A stretch of DNA of 63,368 bases, filler included. It is 7 parts of 7 records of this genome, joined end to end, with 100 filler letters (N's around TTAATTAATTAA, not from the genome) between each part and the next. Parts side by side here need not be neighbours in the genome. Positions count along the whole stretch, not along the records: positions 12,173 to 23,347 come from SRR31156797_21648; positions 23,448 to 33,699 come from SRR31156797_21658; 5 more parts are not named here. One strand, written 5' to 3'. Each line of letters opens with the position of its first letter. Position 1 is the first letter of the stretch. Under the pieces are notes generated by a model. That model was not told where the DNA came from. It ran no database searches and worked only from the letters and a program-made list of their open reading frames with translations. Made by a program: the position numbers and the translations under genes. Below, piece after piece: positions 19,333-28,752 of the stretch.

Positions 19333-21023
19333 CGCCGCCTTTTGAACAACTCCGCCTTTGGCAACGGGTCGAAGTCCTTGATGTTGCGCGATGGCTGCCC
19401 GAACAGGAACCCCTGCACATAATCAACACCGCAGTCCCGGACGAAGAACAAACCTTCATCCTTGTCGACCATTTCTGCGATCGTCTCGACCGTCAGGCTG
19501 CGGCACAGCGCCGACAAGGCCGTCAGGAAGGCTCGCCCCTTCGGACCCTTTTGGGCGTTCCGGATTGCGCTTCCGTCCAGTTTCACGACGTCGACGTCGA
19601 GTGCACTCAGATACTGGAAGCTGGCAGCGCCTGCTCCGAAATCGTCAAGGCACAGATGATGTCCAGCCTTCCGCAGGCCCTGAATGAAAGAATTCGCCTC
19701 CTCGAGATCGGCCATACGCGAGGATTCCGTGATCTCGAACAGCAGCTTGTCACGAACCCAATCGTTTTCCTTAAGGCGCTGGTGCAGGGAATTTACATAC
19801 ATGTCGGAACCAACCGAATGGCCCGAGATGTTGACGGCAATTTTGTATCTTGCCGTATTGCGTGGCCATTTTCCGAGCCATTCGATCGCCTTGTCGACCA
19901 CAGCCAGGTCGAACTCGGCAATCATCCCGGTTTCCTCGGCAAAGGTAATATGGCGATAGGGGGAATCGTTCTTTCCCCCCGAGTGGAAGCGGCTTAGCGC
20001 TTCATAGTGATGGACCTCACCGGTACGGCTGTCGATGATCGGCTGGAAAGCAAGATCGAAAGATGCATCGGCGACAACCCTTTTGAAGGAATCGACCGAT
20101 TCATGGGCCTCCTGCATTAACGTGTCCATATTCGACGACAAGCTCTTGATCGAGAAATCGTCGCCCTTGGCATCGCGAAACCGATTGACAACATAAACCA
20201 GGCTTTTCGCCATATCTTCTTCGCTGATACCGGATGCGGGAACACTGATCGTTGCCGCCTCGACCTCGATCCCGGCGCCGGTTGGATCAGCCTCCCGGGC
20301 AACGTCCGCAAGCTCCTTTTCGAAACCCGAAACATCCAGTCCTGAATCGTGAACCAATCCATAGCGATCTTCGTCGATCCGCGCCGCCGAATCACCGTCC
20401 GCTGAATGAGCCCTGAAACAGGCGCCGACCGTGTTCATAAGAGACCGTTCCGCAGCATCGTCCAGCCGACTGCGAAGCTGCGGCAGGTTTCCCATGGAAA
20501 CCAGGGTCATTTTGACGTCTTCGCCCGCGGCCTGAAGCTTTTTGACCCGCTGGGTCGCGATATCCGCGAAGGTCCCGCCGTCATACAGGCCGGTCTCTTC
20601 GTCTCGATCTTCCGTCGAAGGATCCGTTTCTTCCCCGGGCATCCCCATACGGAATGCCAGGAAGAAATGCTGATTGTCGCCAAGCCGGTGTCCGGCCAGA
20701 GTCAGGGGAGGTGTCACGCCCCGCGCACCTTCCAAACGGATCGCCGCGCCGTCGATGCGGCCGCGCAAGTCGGCGACCTTCAACAACTGACGGAAAAGAG
20801 ACCGATCGATTCCGGCAACAACCGATTCAATCGACATACCGACGATTGCATTGGGAGCCTTGCCGAGAACAGGCATCGTCACCCCATCGGCAAAAACGAT
20901 GGTGCCGTTGGGATCGAGTTCAAATAGGATATCGGCCCAGCAGTAGGCCAGGGATCTAAATCGCGAAACCTGGGCCGAACTGGCCGTATCCAATGTTTCC
21001 GTCATGGTCATCGGCACTCCCAA
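19329..21023 (-). CDS. PAS + degenerate GGDEF + EAL phosphodiesterase
   Basis: FQPI..YEALSR, EITE, DDFGAG, KLDG, QGFLF; GGDEF position reads DEDRY. Confidence 0.88.
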   Translation of the reverse strand: MGVPMTMTETLDTASSAQVSRFRSLAYCWADILFELDPNGTIVFADGVTMPVLGKAPNAIVGMSIESVVAGIDRSLFRQLLKVADLRGRIDGAAIRLEGARGVTPPLTLAGHRLGDNQHFFLAFRMGMPGEETDPSTEDRDEETGLYDGGTFADIATQRVKKLQAAGEDVKMTLVSMGNLPQLRSRLDDAAERSLMNTVGACFRAHSADGDSAARIDEDRYGLVHDSGLDVSGFEKELADVAREADPTGAGIEVEAATISVPASGISEEDMAKSLVYVVNRFRDAKGDDFSIKSLSSNMDTLMQEAHESVDSFKRVVADASFDLAFQPIIDSRTGEVHHYEALSRFHSGGKNDSPYRHITFAEETGMIAEFDLAVVDKAIEWLGKWPRNTARYKIAVNISGHSVGSDMYVNSLHQRLKENDWVRDKLLFEITESSRMADLEEANSFIQGLRKAGHHLCLDDFGAGAASFQYLSALDVDVVKLDGSAIRNAQKGPKGRAFLTALSALCRSLTVETIAEMVDKDEGLFFVRDCGVDYVQGFLFGQPSRNIKDFDPLPKAELFKRRR

Positions 21024-21185
21024 TAATCCGGGATAGAAATGAAATGTATCGTTGAATCTTTACCCGACGCCAGAAGAATTATGGTCCATTGACATGAATC
21101 CAGGCTCTTGAACCAGCCGAATTGTCAATAAACCGCCTCAGCATCCACCCTTGTCCCAGCGCTATTATCCCTCCACATTACGGCC

Positions 21186-21890
21186 ATGATCGAATTCCCG
21201 ATATTCAATACTGACGCCCCACTGCCGGATGCGAGCGGTCTTCGAAAAGCGAAAACCTGGGTCTTCGACCTGGACAATACGCTTTATCCGGCAGCGGAAA
21301 GTCTTTTCGTGCAGGTCGGCGAAAGGATCCGCGACTATATCGTCAAATTTCTCGACATTGAGCTGGAGGCCGCCCACGACCTCCAGAAGCGGTACTTCCA
21401 TGAATATGGGACTTCGCTCAGGGGATTGATGCTGCGACACCAGATGGACCCAGGACCATACCTGGATTTCGTGCATGATATCGATTTGTCGGAAATCGAT
21501 CCCGATCCCGCCCTGAACGACGCGCTGGGCGCCTTGAACGGCCGTAAGATCGTCTTCACGAACGCCGATCGCGGCCACGCCGAAAGAGTGATGAACCGAC
21601 TGGGCATTCACCGGCAATTCGATGCGATCTTCGACATAGTCGATGCGAACTACGTTCCAAAACCCGATCCCGGCCCTTACGACGCAATGATCAAGCGCCA
21701 CGGGCTGGCCCCGTCGGAATCGGTCATGGTGGACGATATCGCACGCAATCTGGGTCCGGCGGCGGCATGTGGAATGACGACGGTTTGGCTGCGCAACGAG
21801 ACGGATTGGGGTCAAACCGGAGCCGATGACGGCCATGTCCACCACATCGCAGGAAATCTGACCGCGTGGCTTCGTGGGGTTGTATCTTAG
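21186..21890 (+). CDS. Pyrimidine 5'-nucleotidase (HAD)
   Basis: WVFDLDNTLYP, FTNA, PKP, VDD. Confidence 0.92.
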   Translation: MIEFPIFNTDAPLPDASGLRKAKTWVFDLDNTLYPAAESLFVQVGERIRDYIVKFLDIELEAAHDLQKRYFHEYGTSLRGLMLRHQMDPGPYLDFVHDIDLSEIDPDPALNDALGALNGRKIVFTNADRGHAERVMNRLGIHRQFDAIFDIVDANYVPKPDPGPYDAMIKRHGLAPSESVMVDDIARNLGPAAACGMTTVWLRNETDWGQTGADDGHVHHIAGNLTAWLRGVVS

Positions 21891-22120
21891 TCGTATTCCG
21901 CGACAGGCTACGCCTACTGATGCAACCACATTTTAAGTTAAACCTGGGATCGCGGGACCAAAACCCAGTGTCTTAGCGCTTGGTTGCGCCCCTTCGGGTC
22001 GGCAACCGCAAAGTCCCTCTGGAAAAAATCCCATCGTCCTCATATGTTCAGCCCGCAACGCCGTTCCGGTGGCAGCCTTCGCGTGGAACCGGGCGGATCG
22101 AGGGAGGAGAAGACCGCTCC

Positions 22121-23347
22121 ATGGACCACTTCCAATACCGGGACGGGCAACTGTGTGCCGAAGCCGTACCGCTTGCCCGTATCGCCGAGGCCGTCGGCAC
22201 GCCGTTCTACTGCTATTCCACGGCCACCCTGGAACGCCACTACCGCGTTTTCGCCGAAGCCGTCGCCGACCTGCCGGCTACCGTCTGCTTCGCCGTCAAG
22301 GCCAACCCCAACATCGCCGTCATCCGCACCCTGGCGCGCCTGGGCGCCGGCGCCGACGTGGTTTCCGGCGGCGAGATGATGAAAGCGCTGGAGGCCGGCG
22401 TGCCGGCCGAGCGCATCGTCTTTTCCGGTGTCGGCAAGACGCGCGACGAGATGGCCCTGGCGCTGAAGACCGGCATTTTGCAGATCAACGTCGAGTCCGA
22501 GCCCGAACTCGCCGTCCTCGACTCGGTCGCCCGCGAACTCGGCATCACCGCGCCCATCGCGGTGCGCGTCAACCCGGACGTCGATGCCCACACCCACCAC
22601 AAGATCACCACCGGCAAGAGCGAGAACAAGTTCGGTATCGACTGGGCCTTCGTCCGCGAGTTTTATGGCCGTGCCGCGGCTTTTCCCGGCTTACGCATCG
22701 TCGGCATCTCGGTCCACATCGGTTCGCAGCTGCGCCAGCTCGACCCCTTTCGCAGCGCTTTCGCACGTGTCCGCGAGATGGTCCTCAACCTGCGCGACGA
22801 CGGTCATGCCATCGAGCGCATCGATCTCGGTGGCGGCCTCGGCATCCCCTACGGCGACGATGCCGATGATATGACGTCCCCGGGGCCGGGGGACTACGCC
22901 GCCGTCGTCAAGGCAGCCACGGACGACCTCGACTGTCAGGTGATCTTCGAACCGGGCCGGGTCATCGCCGGCAACGCCGGCGTTCTGGCGACGCGCGTCC
23001 TCTACGTCAAGCACGGCGCGACGCGGCGCTTCGCCATCGTCGATGCCGCCATGAACGACCTGATGCGACCGGCCCTCTACGAGGCCTATCACGCCATCGT
23101 TCCGGTCACCGAGCCGCCGGCAGGCACCGGCATCGTGGAAACGGACGTGGTCGGACCGGTCTGCGAGACCGGCGACACCTTCGGGGTGCGCCGGCCGCTG
23201 CCCGAGGTCGGCGCCGACGACCTACTGGCGATCCGCTCGGCGGGCGCCTACGGCGCGTCGATGTCCTCGACCTACAACACGCGGCCGCTCATTCCCGAGG
23301 TCCTGGTCAAGGACGATGCCTTCGCCGTCGTCCGTCCGCGCCCAAGC
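22121..23347 (+). CDS. lysA: Diaminopimelate decarboxylase (3' partial)
   Basis: FAVKAN, HIGSQ, DLGGG, EPGR, GPVCETGD; RBS GGAGGAG. Confidence 0.95.
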
Positions 23348-23447
23348 NNNNNNNNNNNNNNNNNNNNNNNNNNNNNNNNNNNNNNNNNNNNTTAATTAAT
23401 TAANNNNNNNNNNNNNNNNNNNNNNNNNNNNNNNNNNNNNNNNNNNN
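23348..23447. other. Artificial contig linker
   Basis: N44-TTAATTAATTAA-N44. Confidence 0.99.
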
Positions 23448-23482
23448 TCGGTCATATTCGGCTCTGCCGAAAATGACCTGAA

Positions 23483-24367
23483 TTAAAGTCCTGCGGCAGC
23501 GATAATGTCGGGAACAATTTCTTCCTTTCCAATGGCCATTACGTGGACGCCGCTACAAATATTCTCCTCCTTGATGCGGGCGATCATCCGACCCGCGATT
23601 TCCACGCCCGTAGCAAGCGCTTGTCCCTTGGGGGCGTCCGCCATTTCCTGTATCAGGTCGGCTGGAACTGTAACCCCTGGTACGTTTTTATTCATAAACC
23701 GGGCCATGCCGGCGGAGGTCAAAAGTATTATTCCCGCCAATACAGGCACGCCGAATGGACGCGCATATTCCATGAATGAAGCAAAGCGGTCCAGGTCGTA
23801 CACGGCCTGGGTTTGAATGAATTCGGCGCCGGCGTCCAGTTTCTTTTCAAATTTAATCTGTTGCGGCTCCAGGGGTTCGGCCTCCGGCGTTACAATGGCG
23901 CCGGCGCAAAAGGAAACGCTGCCCTCGAGTTGATTTCCGGCGAGGTCGTTTCCCTTTTCAAGGGTGCGGATGGTGCTCAGCAATTGCGAGGATTCCAAAT
24001 CAAATACACCCTTGGCTTCCTTGTGATCCCCGAATATGACCGAATCCCCTGTCAGGCACAGCACGTTGGTCACGCCCCTTGAATAGGCGAATAGGAGGTC
24101 CGCCTGCAAAGCGAGCCGGTTTCTGTCCCGGCAGGTCATTTGCAAAATGGGTTCGCCGCCCATTTCTTTAACAAGAATGGCGCCCCCGAGCGAAGGAAAA
24201 CGCATGACGCTGCTCTGATGATCGGTCAGATTCAAGGCATGGACTTTATCCTTGAGCAAGTCCACGTGATGTTTCGTTTTCTCCAGGTTGACCCCCTTTG
24301 GCGGGGCAACTTCGGCCGTGACAATGAACTCTCCGGATTTAAGAGCGTCTTTAAATGTTCCAGCCAT
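23483..24367 (-). CDS. metF: Methylene-tetrahydrofolate reductase catalytic subunit
   Basis: EVAPPKG, QMTCRDRNR, LTGD, FIQTQ, GVHVM. Confidence 0.92.
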   Translation of the reverse strand: MAGTFKDALKSGEFIVTAEVAPPKGVNLEKTKHHVDLLKDKVHALNLTDHQSSVMRFPSLGGAILVKEMGGEPILQMTCRDRNRLALQADLLFAYSRGVTNVLCLTGDSVIFGDHKEAKGVFDLESSQLLSTIRTLEKGNDLAGNQLEGSVSFCAGAIVTPEAEPLEPQQIKFEKKLDAGAEFIQTQAVYDLDRFASFMEYARPFGVPVLAGIILLTSAGMARFMNKNVPGVTVPADLIQEMADAPKGQALATGVEIAGRMIARIKEENICSGVHVMAIGKEEIVPDIIAAAGL

Positions 24368-24400
24368 TGGCACTCCTTTCTCCCACCTTGCCGGTCCAGC

Positions 24401-25054
24401 TTATTCTTCCGCGGAAACGAATTTGCCCGGTTGGGGTTCAACGTGATAGTTTTTCGGCTGCTGATATCGGCGCATCAGATCGAGACGGTCAAATTGTTTA
24501 AGACGGTTATAAATCAACGTCCACACGCAGTCCTTGTTGCTATCGACCTCGCATTTTCCATTATTGGTCCCGCCGCAAGGTCCGTTGACCAGTCCCTTGT
24601 GACAGGAAGTGACCGGGCACAGCCCCCCGGTTTCACCCAAAATGCACTGGCCGCACTGCACGCATACTTCCTGGAACACGCCCGACGCGCTTTCCTTGCC
24701 GATGAACACGGTATCGAGGGCGGGGATTACGGTTTTGCCCATCTGGCTGCCAATGGTCTGGACGCCGTAAGCACATGACATAATCACAAGAGCTTCGGCA
24801 ATATCCATGAACTCTTTCTGTTCTTCCAGGATTTCGAAGCCCAGTTCGTCGCAGGCAACGGGCACGACCGTTTTACCTGTAATCATTTTCCCCGTCGATG
24901 ACAGCCGTTCGGCCGTTTCTTCCACCTGCTCCAGACCGCCGGTGCGAGTGAGGGTTGTACATGTACCGCACCCGACAATAAAGATGCGAGTATAACCATC
25001 GAGCAAGCGATCGAGTTCTTCATCCGTTTTCTTTTTTGTTATCGAACGAATCAT
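24401..25054 (-). CDS. metV: MTHFR accessory Fe-S/Zn subunit
   Basis: VGCGTC; CVQCGQC..CPVTSCHKGLVNGPCGG..CEV..CVW. Confidence 0.9.
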   Translation of the reverse strand: MIRSITKKKTDEELDRLLDGYTRIFIVGCGTCTTLTRTGGLEQVEETAERLSSTGKMITGKTVVPVACDELGFEILEEQKEFMDIAEALVIMSCAYGVQTIGSQMGKTVIPALDTVFIGKESASGVFQEVCVQCGQCILGETGGLCPVTSCHKGLVNGPCGGTNNGKCEVDSNKDCVWTLIYNRLKQFDRLDLMRRYQQPKNYHVEPQPGKFVSAEE

Positions 25055-25070
25055 ATTAAACTCTCCATTA

Positions 25071-28000
25071 TCATTCGCCTTCCAGATCGCACCTGAGGCA
25101 GCGTCGCGCCTCGTCCCGGGCCAAAATCTCCGTATACCCGGCTTCTACTTCACGGAAATCCTTGACTCGAGCCCTGATATCCGCCTGCGGCAGTTCAATG
25201 CGGCCGGTGAGCGGCACATCAGCCTCTTCCTGTGACAAAAGGACTTCCTCTTCGCCGAGTTCGGTTTTTTCATCCTTGATTACTACTGGAGAATCATCGC
25301 CTCTCAAGTACTTATCAATGGCCAGGGCGGCCCTCCTACCGGACCCGATAGCCCTGATTATAAAAGTGGGGCCGGTGGTAAAATCGCCGCCGGCAAAAAT
25401 CCCGGGGACATTTGTGGCAAGACTGTTTTCATCCACTCGAAGCGTCCCCCACATAGCCCGTTCCAATCCTTCATCCTCGGAAAGAAAATCCAGATCCGGC
25501 GCCTGGCCGATGGATATGATCAGCGTGTCGCAGCCGACGACCATCCTTTCTTCATCATCAAACGTCGGCCTGAAACGGCCTTCCATATCAAAGACCGACA
25601 AGCAGCGTATGAATTCAACTCCCTTGACTTTTCCGTCTTCTATGAGAACCTGCCTGGGCCCCCAGGAGTTATCAATTACAACGCCTTCTTCCTCGGCCTC
25701 TTCGACATCCTTTGTCCAGGCCGGCATTTCATTGCGCTTTTCCAGGCAGGCAGCCCTGACCCTTCCTCCGCCCAGCCGCCTGGCCGTCCGGGCTACGTCC
25801 ATGGCCACGTTTCCGCCTCCTATGACGAGCACGCTGTGCCCGACCTCAATGTCGGCGTCCTGCTTGGCCATGGCCAGGAATTCCAGACCGTATAACATTC
25901 CTTCGGGTTTTTCTTCTTCACCGGGAATGCCCACGGATTTGGCCGCCTGCGCGCCCGCGGCGATGAATACTGCTCCATATCCTTCATTGAGCAGATCGTG
26001 GACCGTGTGGTTGCGGTCAATGGGCGAGTTATACAGGATTTCCACGCCCGCACTGACAATGTAACCCACGTCTTGCGCCAGGATTTCCGTAGGAAGCCTG
26101 AACTCGGGAATCGTCACGCCGGTCATTCCCCCGGCCCTGTCGCCGGCTTCGAAAACAACTGATTCATAACCCAACTTGCGCAGGAAATAGGCGCAGGTCA
26201 GCCCGGCCGGTCCGGCGCCGACAATAGCGACTTTTTCTTTTCTGACGAGCGGATACGGTTTTTCCAAAATGGAATAATGAGAATAGTACTGATCCGTGGC
26301 AAACCGTTTTAACGCCCGTATGGCCACGGGATCGTCAAGCTCGCCCCTCCTGCATTTCGTCTCGCACGGATGGACGCATATTCGACCGCAAACCGCGGGG
26401 AAGGGGTTTCTTTCCCTGATTATTTGGACGGCTTTAACATAGTCGCCCTCGGAAATGGCGGCGACATAGTTCGGAACATCTATGCCCGCGGGGCAAGCGT
26501 GCTGACAAGCCGAAATAACCATGGAATCGCACACGGCCGCCGGACAGTGATACTCGTTTATGTGAGCTTCATATTCTTCCCTGAAATATTTAATGGTCGA
26601 AAGCACCGGGTTGGAGCAGCCCTGGCCAAGGCCGCACAAGGACGACTCCATAATGGTGGTTCCTATTTCTTCCAGTTTTTCAATGTCGCCCGGCTTTCCT
26701 TCTCCCCTGGTTATTCTGGTCAGGATGGACAACATCTGCTTGGTGCCCAAACGGCAGGGGAAACATTCACCGCAAGATTCACTCTGAGTAAAGGTCAGGA
26801 AAAAACGGGTCAGGTCGACCATGCATGTGTTTTCGTCCAGGATTATCATCCCGCCCGAACCCATCATGGAGCCGACGGTTTTCAACGACTCGTAATCAAC
26901 AGGCAGGTCCTGGAAGCGGGCCGGAATGGCGCCGCCCGAAGGCCCGCCCATCTGTGCGGCTTTAAACTCTCTCCCCTTGGGAACCCCGCCGCCGACTTCT
27001 TCAATAACTTCCCTGAGAGTAATGCCCATGGGCACTTCGACCAGGCCGGTATTGTTTATCCGGCCGCTAAGGGAAAACACCTTGGTGCCCTTGCTGTTGT
27101 CCGTACCGATTTCGGAATACCATTCCCACCCTTTTTCTATGATGGTTCTGATATTAGCCCATGTTTCAACATTGTTGATATTGGTGGGACAGCCCCAGAG
27201 CCCTGACTGGGCCGGGAAAGGCGGCCTCAATTTGGGCATCCCCCTTTTACCCTCAATGGATTGCATGAGGGCTGTTTCCTCGCCGCAGACAAAAGCGCCC
27301 GCCCCGACTTTGATCTTTAATTCAAAATCGAAGCCGGATCCCAAAATATTTTTGCCTAGCAGGCCGACCTGGCGGCAATGATCGAGGGCCAATTCCAAGT
27401 GCTTGATGGCCGTGGGGTATTCCGCCCGAACGTAGATATAACCAACGGAAGCGCCTATGGCGTACGCTCCGATGGTCATGCCTTCGATGACCAAATGAGG
27501 ATTGCCTTCCAGAACGGCCCGGTCCATAAAGGCGCCCGGATCCCCTTCATCGGCGTTGCATATTATGTATTTCGGCGAGCCGTGGGCGTTTCGGCAAAAG
27601 CGCCACTTGGTCCCGGTGGGAAATCCTGCTCCGCCGCGGCCGCGCAATCCTGACTTTTCTATTACGTCTATAACTTCATCCGGCGACAGGTTGGACAATG
27701 CTCCGGCCAGGGCGCCGTACCCGCCCCTGGATATGTAGTCCTCCATCTTTTTCGGATCGATAAAACCGCTGTCGCGCATGACAATACGCCTTTGCTTGGC
27801 GTAAAACGGGTTTTCCCGGCCGTATACATAGCGCCGGCCCGTGCGCGGATCCGGAAAAAGGAGCCGGCCCAGTATATTGAATTCACCCAGTGTCTGCCCG
27901 ACAATGTCGGCCGCGTCAGTTTCCTCGACCTGCTGATAAAAAATGTCGTAAGGACTTATCACAACAACCGGCCCGCGCTGACAAAAACCCGGGCACCCGA

Positions 28001-28196
28001 CAGGTTTGACTTCTACGTCGTTTGACAGCCCGCGATTTTCAAGTTCCGAGCCCAGGGCGTCAAAAATCTTTTCAGCCCCCAGGGCGCGGCACCCCGTGTC
28101 CACGCAGACGTTGACTGTAACCCTGTTCGGGTCGCGTCCCAGGACCAGGGACTGCCGATACCTTTCCAGATCCTGACTATCGGAGAGACGCTGCAT
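25071..28196 (-). CDS. NuoF/HydB-like FMN-NADH subunit fused to GltD/NfnB-like FAD domain
   Basis: N-terminal thioredoxin-like 2Fe-2S, GRGGAGF, NADEGDPGAFMDR, CGECFPC..CGLG; then CQHACP..CGRICVHPC, GAGPAG, GGGNVAMD, RRCLRC. Confidence 0.9.
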   Translation of the reverse strand: MQRLSDSQDLERYRQSLVLGRDPNRVTVNVCVDTGCRALGAEKIFDALGSELENRGLSNDVEVKPVGCPGFCQRGPVVVISPYDIFYQQVEETDAADIVGQTLGEFNILGRLLFPDPRTGRRYVYGRENPFYAKQRRIVMRDSGFIDPKKMEDYISRGGYGALAGALSNLSPDEVIDVIEKSGLRGRGGAGFPTGTKWRFCRNAHGSPKYIICNADEGDPGAFMDRAVLEGNPHLVIEGMTIGAYAIGASVGYIYVRAEYPTAIKHLELALDHCRQVGLLGKNILGSGFDFELKIKVGAGAFVCGEETALMQSIEGKRGMPKLRPPFPAQSGLWGCPTNINNVETWANIRTIIEKGWEWYSEIGTDNSKGTKVFSLSGRINNTGLVEVPMGITLREVIEEVGGGVPKGREFKAAQMGGPSGGAIPARFQDLPVDYESLKTVGSMMGSGGMIILDENTCMVDLTRFFLTFTQSESCGECFPCRLGTKQMLSILTRITRGEGKPGDIEKLEEIGTTIMESSLCGLGQGCSNPVLSTIKYFREEYEAHINEYHCPAAVCDSMVISACQHACPAGIDVPNYVAAISEGDYVKAVQIIRERNPFPAVCGRICVHPCETKCRRGELDDPVAIRALKRFATDQYYSHYSILEKPYPLVRKEKVAIVGAGPAGLTCAYFLRKLGYESVVFEAGDRAGGMTGVTIPEFRLPTEILAQDVGYIVSAGVEILYNSPIDRNHTVHDLLNEGYGAVFIAAGAQAAKSVGIPGEEEKPEGMLYGLEFLAMAKQDADIEVGHSVLVIGGGNVAMDVARTARRLGGGRVRAACLEKRNEMPAWTKDVEEAEEEGVVIDNSWGPRQVLIEDGKVKGVEFIRCLSVFDMEGRFRPTFDDEERMVVGCDTLIISIGQAPDLDFLSEDEGLERAMWGTLRVDENSLATNVPGIFAGGDFTTGPTFIIRAIGSGRRAALAIDKYLRGDDSPVVIKDEKTELGEEEVLLSQEEADVPLTGRIELPQADIRARVKDFREVEAGYTEILARDEARRCLRCDLEGE

Positions 28197-28199
28197 GGT

Positions 28200-28676
28200 T
28201 TAGTCATCTCCTTTCACATACTGTTCGAGAACGTTATCTATCCTTTTCGGATTCAGGCGGCCGTATACCTGCCCGTTTACGACCATGACCGGCGAGAGGG
28301 CGCAGGCGCCCAGACAGGCGACCGTTTCCAGCGTGAATTCATAATCCTCGGAAGTTTCCCCGTCTTTCAGGTTCAATTGTTTCTGAACCACCCTGAGAAC
28401 GCCCCTGCCTCCCCTGACGTGGCACGCGGTGCCCCGGCAAACGGTTACCGTATTACGTCCTCTTGGCTGGGTATAGAACATGGAGTAAAAACTGATCACG
28501 CCCTGTACGCGCGACGCTGGTATCCCCAAAGCTTCTCCAATAGGCGCCATGGTTTCTTCCGGTATGTATCCGAATTCATCTTGAACCATTTGCAGAATGG
28601 GAATCAAATCGGACTCAGCGTTCCCTTTTTCCAAAATCGGACTCAGCTTGTTAAGATCAATAACGGGAGCCGGCAT
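28200..28676 (-). CDS. NuoE/HydC-like 2Fe-2S subunit
   Basis: CRGTAC...CLGAC. Confidence 0.92.
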   Translation of the reverse strand: MPAPVIDLNKLSPILEKGNAESDLIPILQMVQDEFGYIPEETMAPIGEALGIPASRVQGVISFYSMFYTQPRGRNTVTVCRGTACHVRGGRGVLRVVQKQLNLKDGETSEDYEFTLETVACLGACALSPVMVVNGQVYGRLNPKRIDNVLEQYVKGDD

Positions 28677-28752
28677 ACTTAGCCTCCATTCGCTTCATGG
28701 CCGAATCACAGTCTTTTCATTTTTGCTACCTTGTAGCTTGCTGCGGAGAGCT

